Position numbers and translations under genes: made by a program. A stretch of 32,000 bases of DNA, from assembly GCA_049942965.1 (NCBI GenBank), contig CP188088.1, forward strand, positions 150,001 to 182,000, read 5' to 3'. Source of the stretch: Candidatus Saccharimonadota bacterium. Its GTDB lineage: Bacteria > Pseudomonadota > Gammaproteobacteria > Enterobacterales > Enterobacteriaceae. Positions 10,322 to 20,829 of this stretch are shown here, one piece after another. The notes below the pieces were generated by a model. The model saw only the letters and a program-made list of their open reading frames with translations. It ran no database searches and was not told the DNA's origin. How positions within the stretch are numbered: position 1 is the first letter of the stretch; each line of letters begins with the position of its first letter.

Positions 10322-12961
10322 TTAGTTAAGAATCCATTTTTGGATTTCAGCTAAAATTTTTTTTTCAACTTTTGTTTCAATTTTTTCTCCACCTCCCTCC
10401 GCTAAGTTTTCTTTTCCTCCTCCTTTTATTTTAATATAAAATTTTATACGTTTTATTATTTCGATAGCAGTAATTTTATTAGTTATTTTTTTACTAATTC
10501 CAATTATGAAATTGGATTTTTCTATATTGTTGGTAAACAAAATTATGATTGAATTTTTAAGTACATTTTGTGTTTTTTTTAATAATGTTCGTAAAAAATT
10601 TGGAGTGCAATTATTAATTGTTGTTATTAAAAGATTTATGTTGTTTATTTTTTTCGATTTTTTTTTGATTTTATTAGTTAGTGAAATTATTTCTTTTGTT
10701 TTTATTTTTTTTATTTCTTTTTCTTTATTTTTGATTTTTTTAATTAATTGCTCAATTTTGTTATAAATGTCTAATTTACTAGAATTTAGAATTTTTGAAA
10801 TTTTGTTTAATTGTTGTTCTTGATCATGTATATATTTTAATGCTTGTATACCAGTTTTTGCCTCGATTCTAATTGTATTAGATCCAATTTTTTTTTCGGA
10901 AATAATTTTAAAAAAACCAATATCTCCTGTATATTTTGCATGTGTTCCATTACATAGTTCTATAGAAATATTTTTTATTGATACGACTCGTACTATTTTT
11001 TTATATTTTTTTTCAAATAGATATATGGCACCATTTTTTTTTGCATTTTCTAGTTTTTCAAAATTAGTATTTATTTTTATGTTTTTATTGATAATGGAAT
11101 TCATTTTTTCTTCGATATTATTTCGAATGTAATTTTTTAAATTCTTTTCTTTAAATAAAAAATCAAATCTTAAACGTTTTTCATTTATTGAAGATCCTTT
11201 TTGAAATATATTTTTTCCCATTATTTTTCTAATTACTGAATTTAATAAATGTGTAGCAGTATGATTATTTTGTATTAAATTTCTGTATTTAGTATCAATT
11301 TTAGTAAATATTTTTTGTTCTATTTTTATAATTCCAGAAATTAATTTTCCAATATGGGCTATGGAATTATTATATTTTTTTGTATCTTTGACAATAAATA
11401 TTGATTGAAAAGAATTTTTAGATTCTAATTTACCAATATCACCTATTTGTCCAGAAGATTCTGGAAAAAACGTGGTTTTATTTAAGAATATAATTCCTTG
11501 TTCTCCATTTTTAATCGAATTTGTGAATTTTCCATTTACAACAATTTTCTTTACTATTGCGTTAGTACTAGTTTCGTTATATCCTTCAAATGAAGTGTTT
11601 ATTTCAATATTAATATTTTCTAAATATTTTTTTTTGAATTTTTGTGATTTAAAAGATATAGATTTTTGTTTTTTCATTTCTTTTTCAAAAGTTAAAAAAT
11701 CTAGCTCTATATTTTTTTCTTTGCAAAAATCTTTTGTTAAATCGATAGGAAATCCAAATGTATCATATAGTTTAAATGCAACTTTTCCAGATAATATTTT
11801 TGTATTAGAATCAATACTAGTTTCTAGTAATTGCATTCCTTTTACTATAGTTTTATTAAATTGAATTTCTTCATTTTTTATTATTTCTATAATTGTATTT
11901 TCTTTCTTTTTAAAAGCTTCTTTTTCTTCATTTAGAGAATCAATCACAACTGAAACTAATTTAAAAAAAAACATCTTTTTTAAACCAGCGATATGAGAAT
12001 ATCGTAAAGCTCTTCTTATAATTCTTCTTAATACATAACCCCTACCTTCATTTTCGGGAATTATATTTTCAAATACAAGAAATACAGCAGATCTAATATG
12101 GTCTGATATTACATTTAATATTTTACAATCGTTTAAATTTATTCCTATGTTGAATTTTTTAATGGATTTTTTTAAAAATTGAAAAATGTCTGTATCATAG
12201 TTGTTTTGTTTTCCTTGTAGAATTCTAGTAATTCTTTCTAAACCCATTCCTGTATCTACAGATGGATTAGATAATGGAACTATATTTCCGTTGCTTTGTT
12301 TATTATATTCTATAAAAACGATGTTCCAAATTTCAATTTGGTTTAATAAATCATGTTTTGAATCAAGATTAATGTCTTCTAGGTAATTTTTTTTTTGATT
12401 AAAGAAAATTTCAGTAGAGGGACCACATGGTCCATTGTCTCCCATTTTCCAAAAATTATCAGACGAAAATTTTGATTTTTGTTTATTTTTAATTCGTATT
12501 ATTTTATTTTTTTTTAAACCAATATTATTTAACCAAATATTATAAGTTTCTTCATCGTTTTCATGTATTGTTACCCATAATCTATTTTTGTTTATTCCGT
12601 ACCAAGTAGAAGAAGTCAATAGTTCCCAAGCATATTCAATTGCTTCTTTTTTAAAATATTTACCAAAACTAAAATTTCCCAACATTTCAAATAAAGTATG
12701 ATGTCTATCACTATATCCTACATTTTCTAGATCATTTTTTTTACCTCCAGTTCTAAGACATCTTTGTACTGTTACTAATGGATCATGATCAATTTTTTTT
12801 TTTCCTAAAAAAATATCTTTAAATTGATTCATTCCTGCATTAGTAAACAATAAGCTTGAATCATTTTTTGGTATTAAAGGACTTCCTTTAATTATTTTAT
12901 GTCCTCTTTTTTTAAAATAATCAAGGAACATTTGACGTATTTCATTAGATTTTTTATTCAT
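10322..12961 (-). CDS. alaS: Alanine--tRNA ligase
   Basis: 879-aa ORF. Class II AlaRS N-terminus (FLDYFKKRGHKIIKGSPLIP, FTNAGMNQFKD), editing-domain HTATHLL and CNGTH motifs are present. The csrA-alaS adjacency matches E. coli. Confidence 0.97.
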   Translation of the reverse strand: MNKKSNEIRQMFLDYFKKRGHKIIKGSPLIPKNDSSLLFTNAGMNQFKDIFLGKKKIDHDPLVTVQRCLRTGGKKNDLENVGYSDRHHTLFEMLGNFSFGKYFKKEAIEYAWELLTSSTWYGINKNRLWVTIHENDEETYNIWLNNIGLKKNKIIRIKNKQKSKFSSDNFWKMGDNGPCGPSTEIFFNQKKNYLEDINLDSKHDLLNQIEIWNIVFIEYNKQSNGNIVPLSNPSVDTGMGLERITRILQGKQNNYDTDIFQFLKKSIKKFNIGINLNDCKILNVISDHIRSAVFLVFENIIPENEGRGYVLRRIIRRALRYSHIAGLKKMFFFKLVSVVIDSLNEEKEAFKKKENTIIEIIKNEEIQFNKTIVKGMQLLETSIDSNTKILSGKVAFKLYDTFGFPIDLTKDFCKEKNIELDFLTFEKEMKKQKSISFKSQKFKKKYLENINIEINTSFEGYNETSTNAIVKKIVVNGKFTNSIKNGEQGIIFLNKTTFFPESSGQIGDIGKLESKNSFQSIFIVKDTKKYNNSIAHIGKLISGIIKIEQKIFTKIDTKYRNLIQNNHTATHLLNSVIRKIMGKNIFQKGSSINEKRLRFDFLFKEKNLKNYIRNNIEEKMNSIINKNIKINTNFEKLENAKKNGAIYLFEKKYKKIVRVVSIKNISIELCNGTHAKYTGDIGFFKIISEKKIGSNTIRIEAKTGIQALKYIHDQEQQLNKISKILNSSKLDIYNKIEQLIKKIKNKEKEIKKIKTKEIISLTNKIKKKSKKINNINLLITTINNCTPNFLRTLLKKTQNVLKNSIIILFTNNIEKSNFIIGISKKITNKITAIEIIKRIKFYIKIKGGGKENLAEGGGEKIETKVEKKILAEIQKWILN

Positions 12962-13149
12962 TTTTTTTTAAATATAAATTATTTAAATTCTTGAAAAGAA
13001 AATAAAATTTTATTTTTTTATGAAGAAAATATTTTTTTTAATTTTTATAACAAAGATTGTTTGTTTAATAGTTTAATAAAAATTTTAAATTTAATTAAAA
13101 AGTATATTGTGTTTAATTATTAATTAAATTTTAAACTATACATTAATAA

Positions 13150-13878
13150 TTAACTATTGTAAGAAATAATTTTTTCAATCTCCTTAGATTTAGAAATTTG
13201 ATTAGTTTTATAATAAGAATTTTTCATTAAAAACAGTGTTTTTTTTACATATATAGTGTCTAAATAGTTTTTTATTATATCTTTACCCCTATCAATTACT
13301 GCTTGATATGCTTTTTTTTTATAATAAAATTCTAGAATAGTGAAATCATGTTCAGCCAATCTGTTTTTTATGTAGAATAGTTGTCTTTTAGCTATTTTAG
13401 AATATGGACTATTAGGATAAATAGATATCAATTTTAAAAAGACCATAAGTGCTTGAATACTATGAATAGGATCATTTTCACAATTATTTATTTTAAAAAA
13501 ACCAAATAAAAAATTTTGATCGAGAGACATGTGTAATATAGCTTCTAGATAGAGAATATAATCCATATTAGAATTATTTGGGTATATTTTTTTAAATTCA
13601 TGAATCTTTTGTAGTGCTAAAAAAAAATTTTTGTTAATTACATATAGATAAATTATATACATTTTAATTTTTTCAATTGTTTTTTTTTTTAGTGGTTGTT
13701 TTTCTAGTTTTTTTAAATTTTTTATTATTTCATTTGTTTTTTTTTCTTTTAGTTGATTTCTAATATTAGAAAAGTTAATTTTTTTTTCTTCCAAAAAAAA
13801 GTTTTTATTCACGTTAACACTAGCAAAAATATTTGTTGAATATATAATTAATATTAAAAATATAGTTTTTTTTTTCAT
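13150..13878 (-). CDS. bamD: Outer membrane protein assembly factor BamD (YfiO) homologue
   Basis: 242-aa ORF. It aligns with E. coli BamD through the TPR region (YPNNSNMDYILYL vs THPNIDYVMYM; YPNSPYSKIAKRQLFYIKNRLAEHDFTILEFY vs [32 protein letters not shown]). It is divergent from rluD as in E. coli. Confidence 0.85.
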   Translation of the reverse strand: MKKKTIFLILIIYSTNIFASVNVNKNFFLEEKKINFSNIRNQLKEKKTNEIIKNLKKLEKQPLKKKTIEKIKMYIIYLYVINKNFFLALQKIHEFKKIYPNNSNMDYILYLEAILHMSLDQNFLFGFFKINNCENDPIHSIQALMVFLKLISIYPNSPYSKIAKRQLFYIKNRLAEHDFTILEFYYKKKAYQAVIDRGKDIIKNYLDTIYVKKTLFLMKNSYYKTNQISKSKEIEKIISYNS

Positions 13879-13987
13879 TATTTGAAATAATACATTTAAT
13901 CTAAAAAATTAATATTTTTTATTATACAAATAAAAAAGGTTTATTTTTTTTTTTTTTTTTTATTTTTTTTAAATAAGGATAACTTTA

Positions 13988-14956
13988 TTGAAACAAAATT
14001 CGGTTAAAAAAAAGCTAAAATTAAAAGCTATTGTTCCTAAAACATCAATTGTTAAAGAACGATTAGATCACGTTTTAGTACATTTGTTTAACTCATATTC
14101 TCGTTCTATTTTAAAAAAGTTAATATTAGATGGTAAAGTAATTGTTGATAATAAGATTGTATACAAACCGTCTCAAAGGTTGTTTGGAGGAGAAAAAATT
14201 TTTGTTTTTCCTGAAAAAATTAAAAATATCCAACCACACTCAGAAAACATAAAAATAAATATTATATATCAAGATGAAGATATTTTAGTTATTGATAAAC
14301 CTTCTAATTTGGTAGTACATCCTTATCCGGGTAATAATAAAGGAACTTTATTAAATGCTTTAATGTTTTATGATAAAAACATAAATCTTGTACCTAGATG
14401 TGGAATTGTACACCGTTTAGATAAAAATACCACAGGGTTAATGGTTATAGCTAGAAATTTTTTTTCCTATAATATTTTAAAAAAATTGATTAAAAATAAA
14501 AAAATAAAAAGAGAGTATAGAGCAATAGTAAATGGTAATGTCCTTACAGGAGGTTTAATAAATGAACCAATTAGAAGACATCTAAAGAACAGAATGAAAA
14601 TGATTATTCATTCTAGAGGAAAAAAATCTATTACACATTATCGTATTATAGAACGATTTAAATCGCATACTTATTTAAGAATTTTTTTAGAAACTGGTAG
14701 AACACATCAAATTAGAGTGCATATGTTACATATTAATCATAGTATTGTAGGAGATCCAATTTATAAAAATAATAAAAATAATTTTTTTTGGAAATTAACT
14801 GATAAATTAAAAGAAAAACTTTTAAAATTTCCAAGACAAGCTTTACACGCAAATAAATTATCTTTTATGCATCCAACAAAAAAAATAAATATGTCTTGGA
14901 AATCAAGAATACCTTTGGATATGCGAGAGATGTTAGTTTCCTTACAAGAATGTTAA
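13988..14956 (+). CDS. rluD: 23S rRNA pseudouridine synthase RluD
   Basis: 322-aa ORF with S4-like N-terminus and catalytic HRLDKNTTGLMV, GRTHQIRVHM and RQALHA motifs. TTG start lies 8 nt after TAAGGA. Confidence 0.93.
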   Translation: MKQNSVKKKLKLKAIVPKTSIVKERLDHVLVHLFNSYSRSILKKLILDGKVIVDNKIVYKPSQRLFGGEKIFVFPEKIKNIQPHSENIKINIIYQDEDILVIDKPSNLVVHPYPGNNKGTLLNALMFYDKNINLVPRCGIVHRLDKNTTGLMVIARNFFSYNILKKLIKNKKIKREYRAIVNGNVLTGGLINEPIRRHLKNRMKMIIHSRGKKSITHYRIIERFKSHTYLRIFLETGRTHQIRVHMLHINHSIVGDPIYKNNKNNFFWKLTDKLKEKLLKFPRQALHANKLSFMHPTKKINMSWKSRIPLDMREMLVSLQEC

Positions 14957-14977
14957 TTAATTATTGAAAATAATAAA

Positions 14978-15436
14978 CTAATTTTGTTTTTTATTTTTTA
15001 GTCTAATTGCAGCTGTTTTAATTGCCCAAATATAACCTTCTAATCCTAGTCCACTAATTGTACCATTAGAAATATCAGAAAACCAGGAGTGTGTTCTAAA
15101 GCTTTCTCTGGAATATATATTCGAAATGTGTACTTCAATAAAAGGAATATTTATGGCCAATAAACTATCTCTTATAGCTAAACTAGTATGAGTGAATGCA
15201 GCTGGATTTATTATTATGTATTGGATGTTATTTTTAGAAATATGTATTTTTTCAATCATTTCACGTTCAGAATTAGATTGAAAATGAGAAAGTTTTATAT
15301 TTAATTTTTTTGATTCTTCATTTAGTAGATCTGTTAGTTCTTTTAAAGTAGTGTTTCCGTAAATATTAGTTTCTCTAGTTCCTAATAAATTTAAATTAGG
15401 TCCATTTAATATTAGAATATTAAACATATTTTTCAT
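14978..15436 (-). CDS. aroQ: 3-dehydroquinate dehydratase, type II
   Basis: 152-aa ORF. ILNGPNLNLLGTRE, INPAAFTHTS and HISNIYSRE motifs are present. Confidence 0.93.
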   Translation of the reverse strand: MKNMFNILILNGPNLNLLGTRETNIYGNTTLKELTDLLNEESKKLNIKLSHFQSNSEREMIEKIHISKNNIQYIIINPAAFTHTSLAIRDSLLAINIPFIEVHISNIYSRESFRTHSWFSDISNGTISGLGLEGYIWAIKTAAIRLKNKKQN

Positions 15437-15670
15437 AACTTTGAATTTTCCAGTTTTTATAAAAAAATATTGGTATTTTTTTTTAAAATATTTTTTTAAT
15501 ATATTATGAAGTTTTCATAAATATGGATTTATAAAATAATTTAAGATTAATAAAAAATTAAATTTTAAATAAAATATTTCAAATATTTTATTTGATTTTT
15601 TTTAAGAAATCAATTTATTACAATTTTTTATAAAAAATTATACAAAAAAATAACTTAAAGTGAGTTTTTA

Positions 15671-17128
15671 ATGATATTAGATTTAGTAAAAAATCAATTA
15701 TTAGAAAAGAATGGAATAAAAACTGAAAATTTATTATCTTTTTTAAGCGATCTTGCTAATTATGGATCTGATTATTCTGATTTGTATTTCCAAACTAAAT
15801 ATTATGAAAATTGGTTTTTGGAAAATGAAAAAATAAAAGAAGTAAAATATGATTTAGATCAAGGTGTTGGAATAAGATCAATAAATAAAGAAACAACAGG
15901 TTTTTCTTGTTCTAATGAAATAAATAGGAAATCTATAGAAGATCAAATTAATACAGTGAATAGTATTTTTCTAAGGAAAGGAACTAAAAAAAACAAATTT
16001 TTTTTTAAAAAATCTGTATTAAATAGTATATATACAAAAAATAATCCTTTAAAATATTATAAAAATGAAGAAAAAATAAATATTTTAAAGAATGTTAGTA
16101 AAATTGCAAAAAAAATTAGTAAAAATGTTGTTAAAGTATTTGTTAGCTTGTCTGGTTCTTATGAATATGTACTTGTAGCATCTACTGATGGTACACTGAA
16201 AGCAGATATACGACCTTTAGTCAGATTTTTTATACATACTTTAGTTGAAAAAAACGGAAAAAAAGAAATTGGAATGAGTGGTGGAGGAGGACGATACGAT
16301 TATAGTTTTTTTTTAAAAAATAATAATTTTGGATGTTCTAATTTAGAATATTTTGTATCTGAATCAGTTCGAATAGCATTGGTTAACTTAAATGCAAAAG
16401 AAGCTCCATCAGGTACTTTTCCAGTGGTTTTAGGAAGTGGTTGGCCTGGAGTACTTTTGCATGAAGCGGTAGGACATGGTCTTGAAGGTGATTTTAATAG
16501 AAGAAAAACTTCTGTTTTTACTGGAAAATTAGGGAAGATGGTTTCTTCTCCATTATGTACTGTAATTGATGATGGGACAATTAAAAATAGAAGAGGTTCA
16601 TTAACTATAGATGATGAAGGAACACTTACTCAACGTAATATTTTAATAAAGAATGGTGTGTTAGTTGGATATTTGTTAGATAAATTTAATGCTCGTTTGA
16701 TGAACAGTTCTTCTACTGGAAATGCAAGAAGAGAATCCTATGCTTTTTTGCCTATTCCTAGAATGACAAACACCTATATGTTACCTGGTAATTCTAATCC
16801 TAAAGATATAATTAGTAGTGTAGATTATGGTTTATATGCAACAAATTTTTCTGGAGGTCAAGTAGATATTACTTCTGGAAATTTTGTATTTTCTACTTCA
16901 GAAGCATATTTAATTAAAAAAGGTCAAATTGTTTATCCGGTAAAAAATGCTACTCTAATTGGATCTGGAATAAATGTAATGAAATCAATATCGATGATAG
17001 GAAACGATTTGAACATGGATTTGGGAATCGGGGTTTGTTTTAAGGATGGACAAGGTGTTCCTGTTGGGGTAGGTTTACCTACTATAAAAATAGAAAAATT
17101 AACTGTAGGTGGAACAAAAAAAGTTTAA
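15671..17128 (+). CDS. tldD: Metalloprotease TldD
   Basis: 485-aa ORF. N-terminus aligns with E. coli TldD (LLEKNGIKTENL..DYSDLYFQ). The HEAVGHGLEGD zinc motif is present. Confidence 0.93.
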   Translation: MILDLVKNQLLEKNGIKTENLLSFLSDLANYGSDYSDLYFQTKYYENWFLENEKIKEVKYDLDQGVGIRSINKETTGFSCSNEINRKSIEDQINTVNSIFLRKGTKKNKFFFKKSVLNSIYTKNNPLKYYKNEEKINILKNVSKIAKKISKNVVKVFVSLSGSYEYVLVASTDGTLKADIRPLVRFFIHTLVEKNGKKEIGMSGGGGRYDYSFFLKNNNFGCSNLEYFVSESVRIALVNLNAKEAPSGTFPVVLGSGWPGVLLHEAVGHGLEGDFNRRKTSVFTGKLGKMVSSPLCTVIDDGTIKNRRGSLTIDDEGTLTQRNILIKNGVLVGYLLDKFNARLMNSSSTGNARRESYAFLPIPRMTNTYMLPGNSNPKDIISSVDYGLYATNFSGGQVDITSGNFVFSTSEAYLIKKGQIVYPVKNATLIGSGINVMKSISMIGNDLNMDLGIGVCFKDGQGVPVGVGLPTIKIEKLTVGGTKKV

Positions 17129-17169
17129 AATTTTTTTAAAATTAACAAAAGTATAATTGTATTATATTA

Positions 17170-17201
17170 TTGCAGTCTAAAATTAGAACACTAGACTGCA
17201 A
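17170..17201. terminator. 10-bp stem hairpin (ttgcagtcta / tagactgcaa, 12-nt loop) between convergent tldD and rplS
   Basis: Perfect inverted repeat read directly. It lies 42 nt after the tldD stop and 8 nt after the rplS stop, and has relatively high GC for this genome. Confidence 0.5.
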
Positions 17202-17208
17202 GAGTATA

Positions 17209-17580
17209 TTATTTATTTAAATTTTTATTTTGTTCGTAATTTTTTTCTTTTATTTTTGCTGATTTTCCAGTTCTATTTCTTAAATAATACAATTTTGATT
17301 TTCTAACGTCACCCTTTCTAATTATAGAAATTTTTTCTATAATCGGAGAATGAGTTTGAAATACCCGTTCTACACCTTCTCCATTGGAAATTTTTCGAAC
17401 ACAGAAAGAAGAATTAAGTTGTCTGTTTTTTTTTGAAATAACAATTCCTTCAAAAGATTGAAGTCTTTTTTTGTTACTTTCTACCACCCAAATTTCTATT
17501 TTTAGATTATCTCCAGTACGAAAATTAGGTATTGATTTTTTTAATTGTTGATTTTCTATTAAAGTTATCAATTTGCTCAT
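17209..17580 (-). CDS. rplS: 50S ribosomal protein L19
   Basis: 123-aa [49 protein letters not shown] aligns with E. coli L19. Confidence 0.96.
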   Translation of the reverse strand: MSKLITLIENQQLKKSIPNFRTGDNLKIEIWVVESNKKRLQSFEGIVISKKNRQLNSSFCVRKISNGEGVERVFQTHSPIIEKISIIRKGDVRKSKLYYLRNRTGKSAKIKEKNYEQNKNLNK

Positions 17581-17618
17581 TTAATTTTTCCGAAATGAAA
17601 AATATTTTTTTATGTTTT

Positions 17619-18356
17619 TTATTTAATCACTTTTCTTAGATTATAAATATATTTTTTTTCTTCGTTCGTTAATGAAATTTTTTTTATAATATTAGGATAT
17701 TTTTCTAAAGTTTTTTTTAAAGATTTTAATCTTCTCCATTGTTTTATTTTTTCATGATTTCCAGATAGTAAAACTTTTGGAACAGTTTTATTTTCTATTG
17801 TTTTTGGTCTAGTATAGTTTGGATAATCTAAAATATTTTCATAAAAAGAATCTTTCGTAAAAGATTCTTTTTTTCCTAAAACTCCTGGATAACTTCTTGT
17901 TAATGCGTCAATAAATACCATTGCTGCCAGTTCACCACCACTAATTATATAATTACCAATTGAATATTCTTCTTCAATTTCCATTTCTATTATTCTTTCG
18001 TCGATTCCTTTGTATCTTCCACATACAAAAATAAAATTAGGTATTTTAGATAATTTTAAGATTTCATGTTGATTTAATGTTTTTCCTTGAGGAGATAAAT
18101 ATATTATTTTTTTTTTTCCTTTAATAAGTGATTTAACATGTCTGATAGATTTTAACAAAGGAGGTGCAGTCATTACCATTCCTACTCCACCTCCATAAGG
18201 TCTATCATCTATTGATTTTCTAGGGTTGTTTGTAAAGTTTCTTAAATTCCATATATTAATTTTTATTATTTTTTTTTTTATTGCTCTAGAAATAATTCCA
18301 TACTTTGTAAAATTTTTAAACATTTTTGGAAAAATACTAATAATATTTATCCACAT
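17619..18356 (-). CDS. trmD: tRNA (guanine37-N1)-methyltransferase
   Basis: 245-aa ORF. MWINIISIFPKMF, DDRPYGGGVGMVM, LSPQG, VCGRYKGIDERI and LSGNHEKIKQWR motifs are present. Confidence 0.96.
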   Translation of the reverse strand: MWINIISIFPKMFKNFTKYGIISRAIKKKIIKINIWNLRNFTNNPRKSIDDRPYGGGVGMVMTAPPLLKSIRHVKSLIKGKKKIIYLSPQGKTLNQHEILKLSKIPNFIFVCGRYKGIDERIIEMEIEEEYSIGNYIISGGELAAMVFIDALTRSYPGVLGKKESFTKDSFYENILDYPNYTRPKTIENKTVPKVLLSGNHEKIKQWRRLKSLKKTLEKYPNIIKKISLTNEEKKYIYNLRKVIK

Positions 18357-18385
18357 GAATTAAATTCTTTATATTTATACGTTAA

Positions 18386-18916
18386 TTAAAATAAATTCCA
18401 GTTAACTAATATTTTTTTTTTTTGAATGTTAATATCTTTAATTATTTTTTTATCAATAAATGGAATTAAAATTTCTGTTTTCTTATTATTGTGGTTTTCT
18501 TTAAGAGAATTTATAACTAAAACATCATGATTTCCTGTTTCTATTATTTTTACGACAATTCCCAAAAAAATTAAATTTAAATTAAATACGCGACATTTTA
18601 TGATATCTTTCCAATAGTATTCTTTTTTTTTTAAAAATGGTAGTAATACTTTTTCTTCAATCATAATATGTTGATTAACAATTTTTGTGGCTTGAGATCT
18701 ATTATTTATGTCTTTAATTTTTATTAAAAAATTTTTTTTATTTTTTTTCCATGTTTCTAAATTTAATAAATCAAAATTTTTTTCTATGTACCAAGGTTGA
18801 TAGTTAAAAATATTTTTTTTTTTTTCTGTAAAAGAATGTATTTTCATCCATCCTAATATTCCATATGCTGATTTTATTTTTCCTATGATTAATAAAGATT
18901 TTTTTTTTTTAAACAT
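18386..18916 (-). CDS. rimM: Ribosome maturation factor RimM
   Basis: 176-aa ORF. YGILGWMKIHSFTE, YQPWYI, YYWKDIIKC and TGNHDVLVI segments align with E. coli RimM. It lies in the rpsP-rimM-trmD-rplS operon context. Confidence 0.9.
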   Translation of the reverse strand: MFKKKKSLLIIGKIKSAYGILGWMKIHSFTEKKKNIFNYQPWYIEKNFDLLNLETWKKNKKNFLIKIKDINNRSQATKIVNQHIMIEEKVLLPFLKKKEYYWKDIIKCRVFNLNLIFLGIVVKIIETGNHDVLVINSLKENHNNKKTEILIPFIDKKIIKDINIQKKKILVNWNLF

Positions 18917-18951
18917 GATTTATTTAAGATTAATAATAAAAAAAATAATTT

Positions 18952-19203
18952 TTATCTGTTTTTTTCTTTTAATTTTTTTATTAAAAACTTGATTTTTTGA
19001 GATAGTTGTGCTCCTTTACTAATCCATTTTTTTAAATTATCTAAATTAATAGATAATCTTTTGGAGTTTTCTTTTTCAATTGGGTTAAAAAATCCAATTT
19101 TTTCTATAAATCTTCCATTTCTAAAAAAACGACTGTCTGCTACTACAATTTTATAAAAAGGTTTTTTTTTACTACCATGTCTTGCCAAACGAATTTTTAC
19201 CAA
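18952..19203 (-). CDS. rpsP: 30S ribosomal protein S16
   Basis: 83-aa ORF (M)VKIRLARHGSKKKPFYKIVVADSRFFRNGRFIEKIGFFNP. The start codon is TTG, 7 nt after GGAGGA. Confidence 0.95.
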   Translation of the reverse strand: MVKIRLARHGSKKKPFYKIVVADSRFFRNGRFIEKIGFFNPIEKENSKRLSINLDNLKKWISKGAQLSQKIKFLIKKLKEKNR

Positions 19204-19312
19204 AATTTTTCCTCCTAACTTATCAATTAAATTAATTATAGTTTATAATTCTATATTTATAAATTAAATTTATTTAACAATTTAAAATTGTAAAAATTGT
19301 TAATTAAACTGA

Positions 19313-20662
<1,350 letters not shown>

Positions 20663-20688
20663 GATTGTCTCAAATAATTTTTTGTTTG

Positions 20689-20702
20689 TTTAAGATCTTA
20701 AA
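20689..20702. other. Perfect 14-bp palindrome TTTAAGATCTTAAA, 26 nt upstream of the ffh start codon
   Basis: Read directly. It shares the AAGATCTT core with the repeats at 25370-25470. Function is unknown. Confidence 0.3.
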
Positions 20703-20829
20703 ATGATGAAAATTATTAATAAATTTACATTCTAATATAATTAGTTTTTTATTAATAATAAAAATTATGATATTAAAATTAAAAAAAAATATTATTGTGA
20801 AGTTATTAAAGAATTTTAATCCTATGAAT

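Noticed and set aside
10506-12386. Three + strand ORFs inside alaS (10506-10766, 11472-11864, 12201-12386)
   Set aside because: They are antisense shadows of a well-supported 879-aa AlaRS gene. They are low-complexity and Phe/Ile/Leu-rich, with no SD or homology.
13944-13961. T18 homopolymer in the bamD/rluD divergent spacer as a regulatory element
   Set aside because: Long intergenic A/T runs are pervasive in this window, and nothing specific distinguishes this one.
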